Assembly (NCBI GenBank): GCA_937877685.1
Contig: CALFGU010000117.1
Coordinates: forward strand, 18,404 to 82,403
Reading direction: 5' to 3'
Length of the DNA stretch: 64,000 nucleotides
Source of the DNA: an uncultured Prevotella sp.
Lineage (GTDB): Bacteria > Bacteroidota > Bacteroidia > Bacteroidales > Bacteroidaceae
This document shows, in pieces, positions 22,540-31,892 of the stretch. The notes below the pieces were generated by a model. That model was not told where the DNA came from, ran no database searches, and saw nothing but the letters and a program-made list of their open reading frames with translations. The position numbers and the translations under genes are program-made. Within the stretch, counting starts at the first letter, position 1. Every line of letters starts with the position of its first letter.

Positions 22540-24174
22540 TTGAATAGTTCAAAAAACAGAAAGTCAGTTGTTTGGGCAGGACTCCTCCTAATGATTGGAA
22601 GTCTTGTCCACACATCTGCTTTTTCATCTTCGCGTAATATTGAGAATCCAGATAAGGAGAAGAACGATAGGATTATCATTGAACGTGCCGATAATATGGA
22701 GTTTAATGATTACCTATATCCTGGTGCGCACCGCCTGAGTGGAAATGTTAAATTCAAGCATGGCACTTTTGATATGTATTGCGATAGTGCTATCTATTAC
22801 ACCAATACAAATTCGTTTGAGGCGGTAGGACAGGTTCGCATTCTGCAAGGCGATACTTTGTCACTTGTCGGAGACTCATTATATTACGATGGTGAAAATC
22901 TGATTGCATATATGCGTTATAATGTAGAATTAACGCATCACAATCGCAAACTGAATACGGATAGTCTTGACTATGACAGATTGTTGAATAAGGGGTATTT
23001 CTTTGAAGGAGGTACACTTGTTGATGATGTGAATACACTCACTTCAGATTTTGGGGAATATTTTACAGACACTAAGGATGCAAATTTCTTCTTTGGAGTT
23101 ACTTTAAATGGTCCTAATTACACAATATATAGCGATACATTAAAGTACAATACCGACTCAAAGTGGGCATACGTAACAGGTCCTTCAGAAATTCACAATG
23201 GAGCGAATCGCATTGATACAGAACTTGGTTACTACAATACGAATTTAGAATTAGCTAAATTATATAAGCGTTCTACCTTGAGAGGAAGTAATCGCGTCAT
23301 GACTGGCGATACAATCATTTATGACAAATTGTCCGGTGATATGTTTGCCTATAATAACATTGACTATCATGACCAAGCGAACAAGAATATTCTTCAGGGT
23401 AATTACGTTTGGTATAATGAACTGACTGGTTCTGCGCTTGTTTATGACCGTGCATTGGTGAAGGATTATTCCTCTGGTCCTGATACACTTTATATGCATG
23501 CTGATACGATTAAACTTACCACTTATAATTTGAATACAGATTCCGTAAGTCGCATTGTTGAAGGTTATTATCACGTACGTGCCTATAAAACTGATGTACA
23601 AAGTGTTTGTGATAGTCTTTCGTTTGATAGTCAATCACGACAACTTTCTCTCTTTAAAGACCCCATAGTTTGGAGTGACAATCGTCAGATTTTAGGTGAG
23701 CAAATAGATATTCATTTTAATGAACAAAGCGTTGATAGTGTTTATATTAATCGTCAAGCGCTTCTTGTTGAACAAGTGGATAGTATTCATTTTAACCAAG
23801 TGAGTGGTCACCAAATGCGCGCATATTTTAAAGACGGCAACATGCATGAAAACATTGTAGAGGGCAATGTTCGAGTGATTCAGTATCCGATGGAAAAAGA
23901 TAGCGTTGTGCTTTACCAACTTTACATGGAGACCGCCAAACTTAAGATGTCGCTCGAGCAACGAAAGTTACAACGCATTTGGACACCCGCTTCCTCTGGT
24001 CAATTCTATGGTATTGGTATGGCGCCTCGTGAACATTCCGTTTTGGAGAACTTTACATGGTTTGATTATATTCGTCCGCTTCATAAGGATGATCTTTTTG
24101 AATGGCGTCCGAAGCATAAAGGAACTGAGTTAAAGTCCACAATTCGCAGGCAAGCACCTCTTCAGCACTTTTGA
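22540..24174 (+). CDS. OstA/LptA-like beta-jellyroll protein
   Basis: Repeated CDSA/GDSL/TDSL/SDTL beta units; usual position after surA in Bacteroidetes. The TTG start is uncertain. Confidence 0.8.
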   Translation: MNSSKNRKSVVWAGLLLMIGSLVHTSAFSSSRNIENPDKEKNDRIIIERADNMEFNDYLYPGAHRLSGNVKFKHGTFDMYCDSAIYYTNTNSFEAVGQVRILQGDTLSLVGDSLYYDGENLIAYMRYNVELTHHNRKLNTDSLDYDRLLNKGYFFEGGTLVDDVNTLTSDFGEYFTDTKDANFFFGVTLNGPNYTIYSDTLKYNTDSKWAYVTGPSEIHNGANRIDTELGYYNTNLELAKLYKRSTLRGSNRVMTGDTIIYDKLSGDMFAYNNIDYHDQANKNILQGNYVWYNELTGSALVYDRALVKDYSSGPDTLYMHADTIKLTTYNLNTDSVSRIVEGYYHVRAYKTDVQSVCDSLSFDSQSRQLSLFKDPIVWSDNRQILGEQIDIHFNEQSVDSVYINRQALLVEQVDSIHFNQVSGHQMRAYFKDGNMHENIVEGNVRVIQYPMEKDSVVLYQLYMETAKLKMSLEQRKLQRIWTPASSGQFYGIGMAPREHSVLENFTWFDYIRPLHKDDLFEWRPKHKGTELKSTIRRQAPLQHF

Positions 24175-24291
24175 TTGTAGTCCCAATTTAGTCGAAGATT
24201 CTCTTCTTTTTCTGAATAAAGTACACCCACCGTCTTAGGATATAGAAACTATTAATGAGGTATGTCATTAGGATTAATGATCCTCAAATAG

Positions 24292-24360
24292 GAAAAACTA
24301 AGTCTCTTTTATTTTCAATTATTTGAGACTTAATTTTAAATAAAAGAGACTTAGTTTTTC
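24292..24360. repeat. REP-like AAGTCTC palindrome
   Basis: 23-bp arms GAAAAACTAAGTCTCTTTTATTT / AAATAAAAGAGACTTAGTTTTTC with an internal TGAGACTT. Confidence 0.7.
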
Positions 24361-24500
24361 GATCTATATAAAGAACGTATGCCATGTGAAAATTAGGATT
24401 TTTCATCTTTCCTAAATATATTTTTGAGACATTAAAGTTGATTTATAAATGGGCAGTGAATTGTAAGTGCAATCAGTTCCTGCCTCTTTTTCTTTCAATC

Positions 24501-25940
24501 ATGATATTGCGTATATTTTTCTCGTTCCTCTTTTTTTTATTCGCCCTTTCTTCTTGTTTAAGCGATGAGGATTATTCTTCTTCTCCCCATGTAGTGCTGA
24601 CCTTCTCGGTTGATACTTTGGATTTTGATACGCTTATTGCTGGTGAACTCGCTCATACACGCACCCTTCAGGTGTACAATCCCAATAGTTCATCGTTGCG
24701 TATAGCGTCTGTTTCTCTTCTGACAGGAAGCAAAAGTGTGTTTAGAGTAAATGTGGATGGTACAAGTTTGGAACAAGGCGTTGCTACAGATTTTGAAGTT
24801 CGCTCTGGAGATAGTTTGCGCATTTTTGTGAATGCTTTTCCGCCAAACGAAGATTCTGATACGCCTGTTATACATGCTGATAAACTATTATTCCAATTAG
24901 AAAGTGGTGTTGTGCAAGAACTGCCATTAGAGGTTCATGGACTTGATGTCATAAAATTGCAAGGAGTTGAATTAACAGATAATACAACTCTGACGCCTCA
25001 ACGCCCCTATCAAATAATTGATAGTCTTGTTGTTCGTCCTGACGTAACTTTGACTATTCTTCCTGGCGCTCGCTTGCTGTTTCATAAAGATGCTTCACTT
25101 ATTGTTTATGGTACGTTGCAAGTAAAGGGAGAAGTAGGAGCAAATGTTCAGTTCCGTGGAGACAGATTGGGTAATATGTTTACAAACCAATCTTACGATT
25201 GCATTCCTGGACAATGGGGAGGAATTCATATTAAAGAACAGAGTTTCGGTAATGCGATTAACTATGCAGATATACATAGTGGTGATTTCGGCATTATTTG
25301 TGATAGCAGTAGTACTGATGTTGAGAAAGTTAGAATAGAAAATTCCATACTTCACAATATGAGTGGAAATAACTTAACTTTATATAACGTTAAGGCACAT
25401 GTGGGTAATTCTCAAATAACGAATGCTGGTGGAGATTGTGTGTCTGTCGTAGGTGGTGATGTTCGCTTTATTCATTGCACGATTGGTCAGTTTTATGCTT
25501 TCACCGCTGGTAGAGGAGTTGCTTTCCGATTTGCAAATGTGAATGGTGATTTGTATTATCCTCTTCAACAATTGGAAGTACAGAATTCTATAATTACAGG
25601 TTATTCTGATGATGAAATTATGGGGAATAGAGGGAACGAAGAAATTCCTTTTAACTATTCTTTCCAAAATTGTCTGCTTAATACACCAAAGTACGAAGCG
25701 CCTGAAATTGTAAATTGCCTATGGGACACGTCGGATAATCCAGTATCTAAAGCAGATAACTTTTATCCTGCTTTCGATCTTGACCGTCTCACATACACTT
25801 TTTATCTTGACTCAGCTTCCGTAGCAGTTGGTGCTGCTAATCCAACTATAACACAACAAACTTATCCTTATGATCGCGAAGGATTACGCCAACATGATGT
25901 TCCTAACTTAGGGTGTTATAGCAAGGTTATTGAGAAGTAA
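24501..25940 (+). CDS. Putative lipoprotein with Ig-like and right-handed beta-helix regions
   Basis: Lipobox LSSC after the likely start at 24501; FRGDRL...PGQWGGI and beta-helix-like repeats. Confidence 0.7.
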   Translation: MILRIFFSFLFFLFALSSCLSDEDYSSSPHVVLTFSVDTLDFDTLIAGELAHTRTLQVYNPNSSSLRIASVSLLTGSKSVFRVNVDGTSLEQGVATDFEVRSGDSLRIFVNAFPPNEDSDTPVIHADKLLFQLESGVVQELPLEVHGLDVIKLQGVELTDNTTLTPQRPYQIIDSLVVRPDVTLTILPGARLLFHKDASLIVYGTLQVKGEVGANVQFRGDRLGNMFTNQSYDCIPGQWGGIHIKEQSFGNAINYADIHSGDFGIICDSSSTDVEKVRIENSILHNMSGNNLTLYNVKAHVGNSQITNAGGDCVSVVGGDVRFIHCTIGQFYAFTAGRGVAFRFANVNGDLYYPLQQLEVQNSIITGYSDDEIMGNRGNEEIPFNYSFQNCLLNTPKYEAPEIVNCLWDTSDNPVSKADNFYPAFDLDRLTYTFYLDSASVAVGAANPTITQQTYPYDREGLRQHDVPNLGCYSKVIEK

Positions 25941-25980
25941 ACAGACTTTTATTAGCAAATCCTTATATCTGAATTTAATT

Positions 25981-27510
25981 ATGCCACAAAATACACAACG
26001 TAGGTCAAAAAGTAAACCTAAATCCGATTTAGAAAATTTTGGACATCTTCAACCACAAGCACTCGAACTTGAGCAAGCAGTAGTAGGGGCTTTACTAATT
26101 GAATCAGATGCTTATGCACAAGTTTCTGACATTCTAAAAGCTGAAAGTTTCTATGATGTGCGTCACAAATACATTTTTGAGGCAATCACACATTTAAATC
26201 TTCAACAAAAGCCCTCAGATATTCTTACTGTTGTTGATGAACTTGAGCGTATGGGAGCCTTAGAAGAGGCCGGAGGAAGATATTATGTTACACAACTTTC
26301 AGGCATGGTCTCTTCGTCTGCACATATAGTTTATCATGCACGTATTATAGCACAAAAGTCATTAGCGCGCCAGTTGATAACCTATACGAGCAACATTCAA
26401 ACAAAGGCTTTTGATCCAACACAGGATATTGATGTACTTATGCAGGAAGCTGAAGGAAGTTTGTTTTCACTCAGTCAGCAAAACCTTAAGAAGCAATACA
26501 CTCAGATTGACCCAGTTCTTAATGATGCTTATGCCTTACTTAAGAAGGCATCATCGCGTAGTGATGGTCTTTCAGGGATTTCAACTGGTTTTAGAGACCT
26601 TGACAAAATGACTTCAGGATGGCAATCTTCTGACCTCGTCATTCTTGCTGCTCGTCCCGCCATGGGTAAGACTGCTTTTGCGTTGAGTATGGCTAAAAAT
26701 ATAGCGATTGATCAAGAGATTCCTTTAGCATTTTTTTCGCTTGAAATGGCAAATGTCCAGTTGATGAATCGTGTGATTTCTAATGTTACAGAGATTGAAT
26801 CTGAAAAACTCAAGACTGGACAACTCAACCCTGACGAATGGCAAAGATTGGACAATGGTATGAAAAAACTTTATGGTAAACCCCTCTTTCTTGATGATAC
26901 TCCATCTTTGTCTGTTTTTGAACTCCAAACAAAGGCAAGGCGACTCCATCAAGAACATGGTGTACAAATCATTATGATTGACTATCTGCAGTTGATGAAT
27001 GCTTCAGGAATGGGTTATGGTAGTCGACAAGAAGAAGTTTCAACCATTTCTCGTGCCCTTAAGGGTTTAGCAAAGGAACTTAATATTCCCATTCTTGCAC
27101 TTTCACAGTTGAATCGTGGTGTAGAAAATCGAACAGATGGAGACAAACGTCCACAGCTAAGTGACTTGCGCGAATCCGGAGCCATTGAGCAAGATGCAGA
27201 TATGGTTTGCTTTATTCATCGTCCAGAGTATTACAAAATTTATGCAGACGCTCATGGTCGCGACCTCCGTGGTATGGCAGAAATTATAATAGCAAAACAC
27301 CGTAATGGTGCTGTTGGTGACGTTCTTCTTTCATTTAAAGGCCAGTTTACACGTTTCCAAGACAGAGATGAAGATGCTAACATACCTTTTCCTGGTGAAG
27401 AAATAAGTTCTACAATGAATACTAACCTTATCTCTTCGTCCTCAACTTCAGATTTCCCTGATCCTCTTAGTTTCCCACAATCATCATCTTTAGCAGACGT
27501 ACCATATTAA
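25981..27510 (+). CDS. dnaB: Replicative DNA helicase
   Basis: ARPAMGKT, IDYLQLM, SQLNR and LSDLRESGAIEQDAD motifs; ATG at 25981. Confidence 0.97.
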   Translation: MPQNTQRRSKSKPKSDLENFGHLQPQALELEQAVVGALLIESDAYAQVSDILKAESFYDVRHKYIFEAITHLNLQQKPSDILTVVDELERMGALEEAGGRYYVTQLSGMVSSSAHIVYHARIIAQKSLARQLITYTSNIQTKAFDPTQDIDVLMQEAEGSLFSLSQQNLKKQYTQIDPVLNDAYALLKKASSRSDGLSGISTGFRDLDKMTSGWQSSDLVILAARPAMGKTAFALSMAKNIAIDQEIPLAFFSLEMANVQLMNRVISNVTEIESEKLKTGQLNPDEWQRLDNGMKKLYGKPLFLDDTPSLSVFELQTKARRLHQEHGVQIIMIDYLQLMNASGMGYGSRQEEVSTISRALKGLAKELNIPILALSQLNRGVENRTDGDKRPQLSDLRESGAIEQDADMVCFIHRPEYYKIYADAHGRDLRGMAEIIIAKHRNGAVGDVLLSFKGQFTRFQDRDEDANIPFPGEEISSTMNTNLISSSSTSDFPDPLSFPQSSSLADVPY

Positions 27511-27605
27511 AATCGTGTATGTGTTGAAACGTATGTTTTTTTATTATTGCTTCTATATAACAAACGCTTGTTTCAGGGGAGAAAACTCTATTGATTGATA
27601 ATTTG

Positions 27606-27803
27606 TCTCACGCAGACTGCGCAGACTTTCACAGAAGCGCACACACTTTGTTTGTGCTTGCCATCCGGATTGTAGCGCAAGCGTAGCGTGCGCCTCTGCG
27701 TAATTCTCTACATAAGACTATTCCTATCCGCATGGTCTCTGCGAATTGCTTTCCCCTCACAAGTTCGGACAGCGACCTTTGGTTCTGCGGAGTCTGCGTG
27801 AGA
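27606..27803. mobile_element. About 200-bp non-coding inverted-repeat element (MITE/REP-like)
   Basis: 20-bp terminal inverted repeats TCTCACGCAGACTGCGCAGA / TCTGCGGAGTCTGCGTGAGA (1 mismatch); no ORF. Confidence 0.65.
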
Positions 27804-27916
27804 AACATAAAACTATCTTCTATACGCCAAAAACATCATCCTGCTGTTATATCCTATTTTTGTTTGCCTTAGGCAATGGGAACTGTCTGGTAAACTTCCT
27901 ACCGTAAGGCATTGGT

Positions 27917-28644
27917 GCGGTACTCCCTCTATCTTAAGAAGGAAGACGAGCCGTATGATGCAATTTTGTGACATGTGACAATGTGACAATCAAAAAATGG
28001 AGGGTGTGAGCCGTGGCGTGTATCTCTATTTTTGTGACATGTGACAATAAAAAATGGGGGGTGTGAGCGTGCCGTGTATCTCTATATTTGGATGTATAGT
28101 ATATATATACTATAAGATTTATATATATACTACTTTTTATAGCGTAACAAGGATGCCCTTTGATTTCTTGACTGGATGAATACACACACCGAAGATGAGT
28201 GCACATACCGACCATGGCGCACTTTTTTCGTTGTCACATTGTCACATGTCACAACAGGAGGCTGTTTTCAATTATTTTAGGAAATAATATTAGGCAATGA
28301 TATAGAAGTTGCCCCATAATTATAGGAATAAGAATCATACCAACTCTCCCCGCCGTGGCGGTACTCCCTCTATCTTAATAAGGAAGACGAGCCGTATGAT
28401 GCATTTTTTGTGACATGTGACAATGTGACACTAAAAAATGGAGGGTGTGAGCCGTGCCGTGTATCTCTATATTTAGATGTATAGTATTATACTATAAGAT
28501 TTATATTAATACTACTTTTCATAGCGTAACAGTTTTACCCTTTGACTTCTTGAAAGGATGAATGCACACACCGACGATGAGTGCTGATACCGACCATGGC
28601 GCGCTTTTTTCGTTGTCACATTGTCACATGTCACAAAATTGCAT
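27917..28644. repeat. Two tandem copies of an about 290-bp element with TGTGACA iteron-like inverted ends
   Basis: Copy 1 at 27917-28254, copy 2 at 28358-28644. Each has TTGTGACATGTGACAATGTGACA...TGTCACATTGTCACATGTCACAA; copy 1 carries an internal duplication of about 60 bp. Confidence 0.85.
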
Positions 28645-28824
28645 ACCGCGGTGAAGGCAGCCATAAGATAATGATGGAAAATTTCTATCACTGATTATCA
28701 ATGAATTAAGAAAATTAATTCTCATTAATTCTCACTTCGCCCCGAGCGTGTTGTATCTTTGTAGGGAGAAAGGGGGCATGCAAAGATTTTAGGAAAAGAG
28801 TTGGGGGAGATTTCTAAAAAATTG

Positions 28825-28832
28825 TAACTTTG
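28825..28832 (+). promoter_or_regulatory. -7 promoter element for hsdM (second candidate TATCTTTG at 28754-28761)
   Basis: TAACTTTG matches TAnnTTTG. Confidence 0.55.
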
Positions 28833-28865
28833 AGGGATGAAACCTTAATGAAATAACAAGCAACG

Positions 28866-30362
28866 ATGAGTGCAGACAAAAATACGGCCGCTATAGGCTT
28901 TGAACAGAAGATTTGGGAGGCTGCCGACACGCTCCGTGGCAACCTAAACGCGGCGGAATATGAGGGCGTTGTGTTGGGATTAATCTTCCTGAAGTACATC
29001 TCCGACAAGTTTGAGAGCAAGTATCAAGAGCTCCTTGCCGACGAGTATGCCGACGCCGAGGACAAGGACGAATACATGGCGGACAACGTCTTCTTCGTGC
29101 CACCTACGGCGCGCTGGAAGGCCATCTCTGCCGTGGCACATACGCCCGAAATCGGACAGAAAATTGACGATGCCATGCGCGAGATTGAGGACAACAACCC
29201 CCGCCTCAAGGGCATCCTGCCCAAAAACTATGCCCGCAAGGAGCTCGACAAGCGCCGACTGGGCGATGTGGTGGACCTCTTCACGAATGTTGAGATGCTC
29301 TCGGCTGGCGAGGAGAAGGACCTCCTGGGCCGTGCCTACGAATACTGCCTCATGATGTTTGCATCCATGGAGGGCAAGAATGCGGGCGAGTTCTACACCC
29401 CCTCGTGCATCGTGCGCACCATCGTTGAAATCCTCCAGCCCTACAAGGGGCGCATCTACGACCCCGCCTGCGGTTCGGGAGGTATGTTCGTGCAGAGCGC
29501 CAAGTTCATCAAGAACCATCAGCGCGACCTTCACAACATCTCCATCTACGGTCAGGAGGCCAACCCAAATACGTGGAAGATGTGTCACATGAACCTCGCC
29601 ATCCGCGGATTGGAAGGCAACCTCGGCACCTTTGCCGACACCTTCTTCGACGACCAACACCCCACGCTCAAGGCCGACTTCATCATGGCCAACCCACCCT
29701 TCAACCTCGACAAGTGGGGGCAGGACAAGCTCCAGGACGACGTGCGCTGGAAGTTCGGACTTCCGCCCTCGGGCAATGCCAACTTCGCGTGGGTGCAACA
29801 CATGATTCACCACCTTTCGCCCACGGGCAAGATAGGCCTTGTGCTCGCCAACGGTTCGCTCTCGTCGCAGACGGGTGGCGAAGGCGACATCCGCCGTGCC
29901 ATCATCGAAGCCGACCTCGTAGAGGGCATCATCGCCCTGCCCAGCCAGCTCTTCTATAGCACCGGCATCCCCGTGTGCCTATGGTTCCTCAGCCGTCAGA
30001 AGGCACAACCCGGCAAGACCCTCTTCATCGATGCCCGAGGTATGGGCACCATGGTAACCCGCCGCCTGCGCGAACTCTCTGCCGAGACCGACATACGCCG
30101 CCTTGCCGACACCTTCGAAGCCTTCCGCCAGGGCACACTCGAGGATGAAAAGGGCTATTGCGCCGTAGTCACCACCGCCGACATCAAGGCGCAGGACTAC
30201 ATCCTCACCCCCGGACGCTACGTAGGCATTGCCGAAGCCGAGGACGACGGCGAACCCTTCGAAGAGAAGACCGCACGCATCACCGCCGAACTCTCCCGCT
30301 CACACGAGTTAGAGGAGGAGATAAAGAAGCAATTGGGTGGTATTGGAATAGAAATCGAGTAA
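28866..30362 (+). CDS. hsdM: Type I RM methyltransferase subunit M
   Basis: GEFYTP, YDPACGSGG (motif I) and ANPPFN (motif IV, m6A). Confidence 0.96.
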   Translation: MSADKNTAAIGFEQKIWEAADTLRGNLNAAEYEGVVLGLIFLKYISDKFESKYQELLADEYADAEDKDEYMADNVFFVPPTARWKAISAVAHTPEIGQKIDDAMREIEDNNPRLKGILPKNYARKELDKRRLGDVVDLFTNVEMLSAGEEKDLLGRAYEYCLMMFASMEGKNAGEFYTPSCIVRTIVEILQPYKGRIYDPACGSGGMFVQSAKFIKNHQRDLHNISIYGQEANPNTWKMCHMNLAIRGLEGNLGTFADTFFDDQHPTLKADFIMANPPFNLDKWGQDKLQDDVRWKFGLPPSGNANFAWVQHMIHHLSPTGKIGLVLANGSLSSQTGGEGDIRRAIIEADLVEGIIALPSQLFYSTGIPVCLWFLSRQKAQPGKTLFIDARGMGTMVTRRLRELSAETDIRRLADTFEAFRQGTLEDEKGYCAVVTTADIKAQDYILTPGRYVGIAEAEDDGEPFEEKTARITAELSRSHELEEEIKKQLGGIGIEIE

Positions 30363-30523
30363 ATACAACCCTATCAATTCAAATGTTCAACTATCGATAT
30401 TGCAAATGTTTGTATTGCAGAATTGCAAATATTTATAATGGAATAATCCGTGTAAATGATTGAATATCTAATATATAAATTGCATTTTTGCAAATGTTGT
30501 TGTGTGGACATCGCAAATGTTTG

Positions 30524-30531
30524 TATCTTTG
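30524..30531 (+). promoter_or_regulatory. -7 promoter element for fic1, embedded in GCAAAT repeats
   Basis: TATCTTTG, 25 bp upstream of ATG 30557. Confidence 0.55.
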
Positions 30532-30556
30532 TGGTGCAAATAAATACAGAAATAAT

Positions 30557-31720
30557 ATGGCAGAAACAAATGGAATAAAACTTCGTCTTCCGAACATCGG
30601 TTTTGATATGCCTATCACTGATGCTATTATGGAATTAGAAAAGTTGCGCTACAAGAGGTTAGGCGGCTCTACATATCCGTGTATATTCTTTCAGTTGCAA
30701 CATATTTTCCACATGTTGGAAAGTATTGGTTCTGCTCGTATTGAAGGTAACAATACTACAATCATGGATTATGTGGAAACGGCTAAACTGAATAATCCTC
30801 AATATAAACTATTCGGTGACGAAGAGGGCATAAAGCAAATTGAGAATGGAGAAGAAGCCATGCAATACATCGAAGAAAATATTGATAGTATTGAAATCAA
30901 TAAACATTTTCTTCGTGAACTCCATGCCTTGACCGTTAAGGATTTGGACCCTGCAAAAGAGGGGGCAAGAAATCCTGGGCTCTTCCGTTCGTGCAATGTC
31001 AAGATTAGCAAGTCAACCCATATTCCACCTGACTATACGCAAGTGGAAGCCTTGATAGACGAGCTCATTGACTTCATCAATGAGGAATGTTCTCCAAAAT
31101 ACGACCTCTTGAAGGTAGCTATCGCACACCACCGTTTTGTTTGGATTCATCCCTTTGAGAATGGTAATGGGCGCGTAGTGCGCTTGTTTACTTATGCTAT
31201 ATTGTTAAAAAAGAAGATATTCTATCGAAACGAGCGTATCGTTAATCCTACGGCCGTATTCTGTTCAGACAGGCAGAAATACTACGATTATCTTTCTATG
31301 GCAGATGAGGGTACTGATCGTGGATTGATTGCGTGGGCGGAATATATGTTGGCTGGTTTGAAGACTGAAATAGAAAAAGTGGATAAGTTGTTGGATTATG
31401 ATTATCTGTTCAAACACATTTTGATACCAACTATCGACGATGCTTTTGAAAACAGATACATCAATGATGTTGAATACGAAGTACTGAAAATATCCCTTCA
31501 GAAACAAGTTGTTCAAGCCTCTGATATTGGAAAAGTTTTAGGAAAGAATAGCCCTGAAGTATCCCGTATTATCCGTTCTTTAAGGGATAAGAAAATGCTT
31601 ATGCCTATTCAAGAGAACGCACGCAAGTATTATCCATTATTCAATAACAGTAAGCTCATACGAAGCATTATCACAAAGTTGGACGAGAATGGTTTCCTGC
31701 CTAATAACTTGAATAATTAA
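30557..31720 (+). CDS. Fic family protein with N-terminal inhibitory motif and C-terminal wHTH
   Basis: HPFENGNGRVVR Fic motif; SARIEGN inhibitory (S/T)xxxE(G/N) motif; likely start MAETNG at 30557. Confidence 0.9.
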   Translation: MAETNGIKLRLPNIGFDMPITDAIMELEKLRYKRLGGSTYPCIFFQLQHIFHMLESIGSARIEGNNTTIMDYVETAKLNNPQYKLFGDEEGIKQIENGEEAMQYIEENIDSIEINKHFLRELHALTVKDLDPAKEGARNPGLFRSCNVKISKSTHIPPDYTQVEALIDELIDFINEECSPKYDLLKVAIAHHRFVWIHPFENGNGRVVRLFTYAILLKKKIFYRNERIVNPTAVFCSDRQKYYDYLSMADEGTDRGLIAWAEYMLAGLKTEIEKVDKLLDYDYLFKHILIPTIDDAFENRYINDVEYEVLKISLQKQVVQASDIGKVLGKNSPEVSRIIRSLRDKKMLMPIQENARKYYPLFNNSKLIRSIITKLDENGFLPNNLNN

Positions 31721-31766
31721 AGGGTGAATATTTGAGGAATAGGAGGTCTTAGGATTGAATTACACT

Positions 31767-31892
31767 ATGAAACAATTTAGCAAAAATCAACTAAAGAAAT
31801 TGGGCAAGCGACTTCGTGATGCTCAAAATCCTATCTGTTATAGGTCTTCTTGGTATAATTCTTTGATGTATGGAAGAATGGAAAGAGTATAA
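31767..31892 (+). pseudogene. Short ORF, possible N-terminal remnant of a RelA/SpoT-domain protein
   Basis: MKQFSKNQLKKLGKRLRDAQN resembles the SKxQxxKLGxRLR start of RelA/SpoT-domain proteins, then runs out of frame into the hsdS start. Confidence 0.35.

Noticed and set aside
27917..28644. Possible CRISPR array
   Set aside because: Only two long copies with internal inverted iterons; no regular repeat-spacer period and no cas genes.
28980..29959. Long alternative ORFs inside hsdM (277 aa antisense and others)
   Set aside because: Shadow frames caused by the GC-rich codon bias of a clear hsdM; no family motifs.
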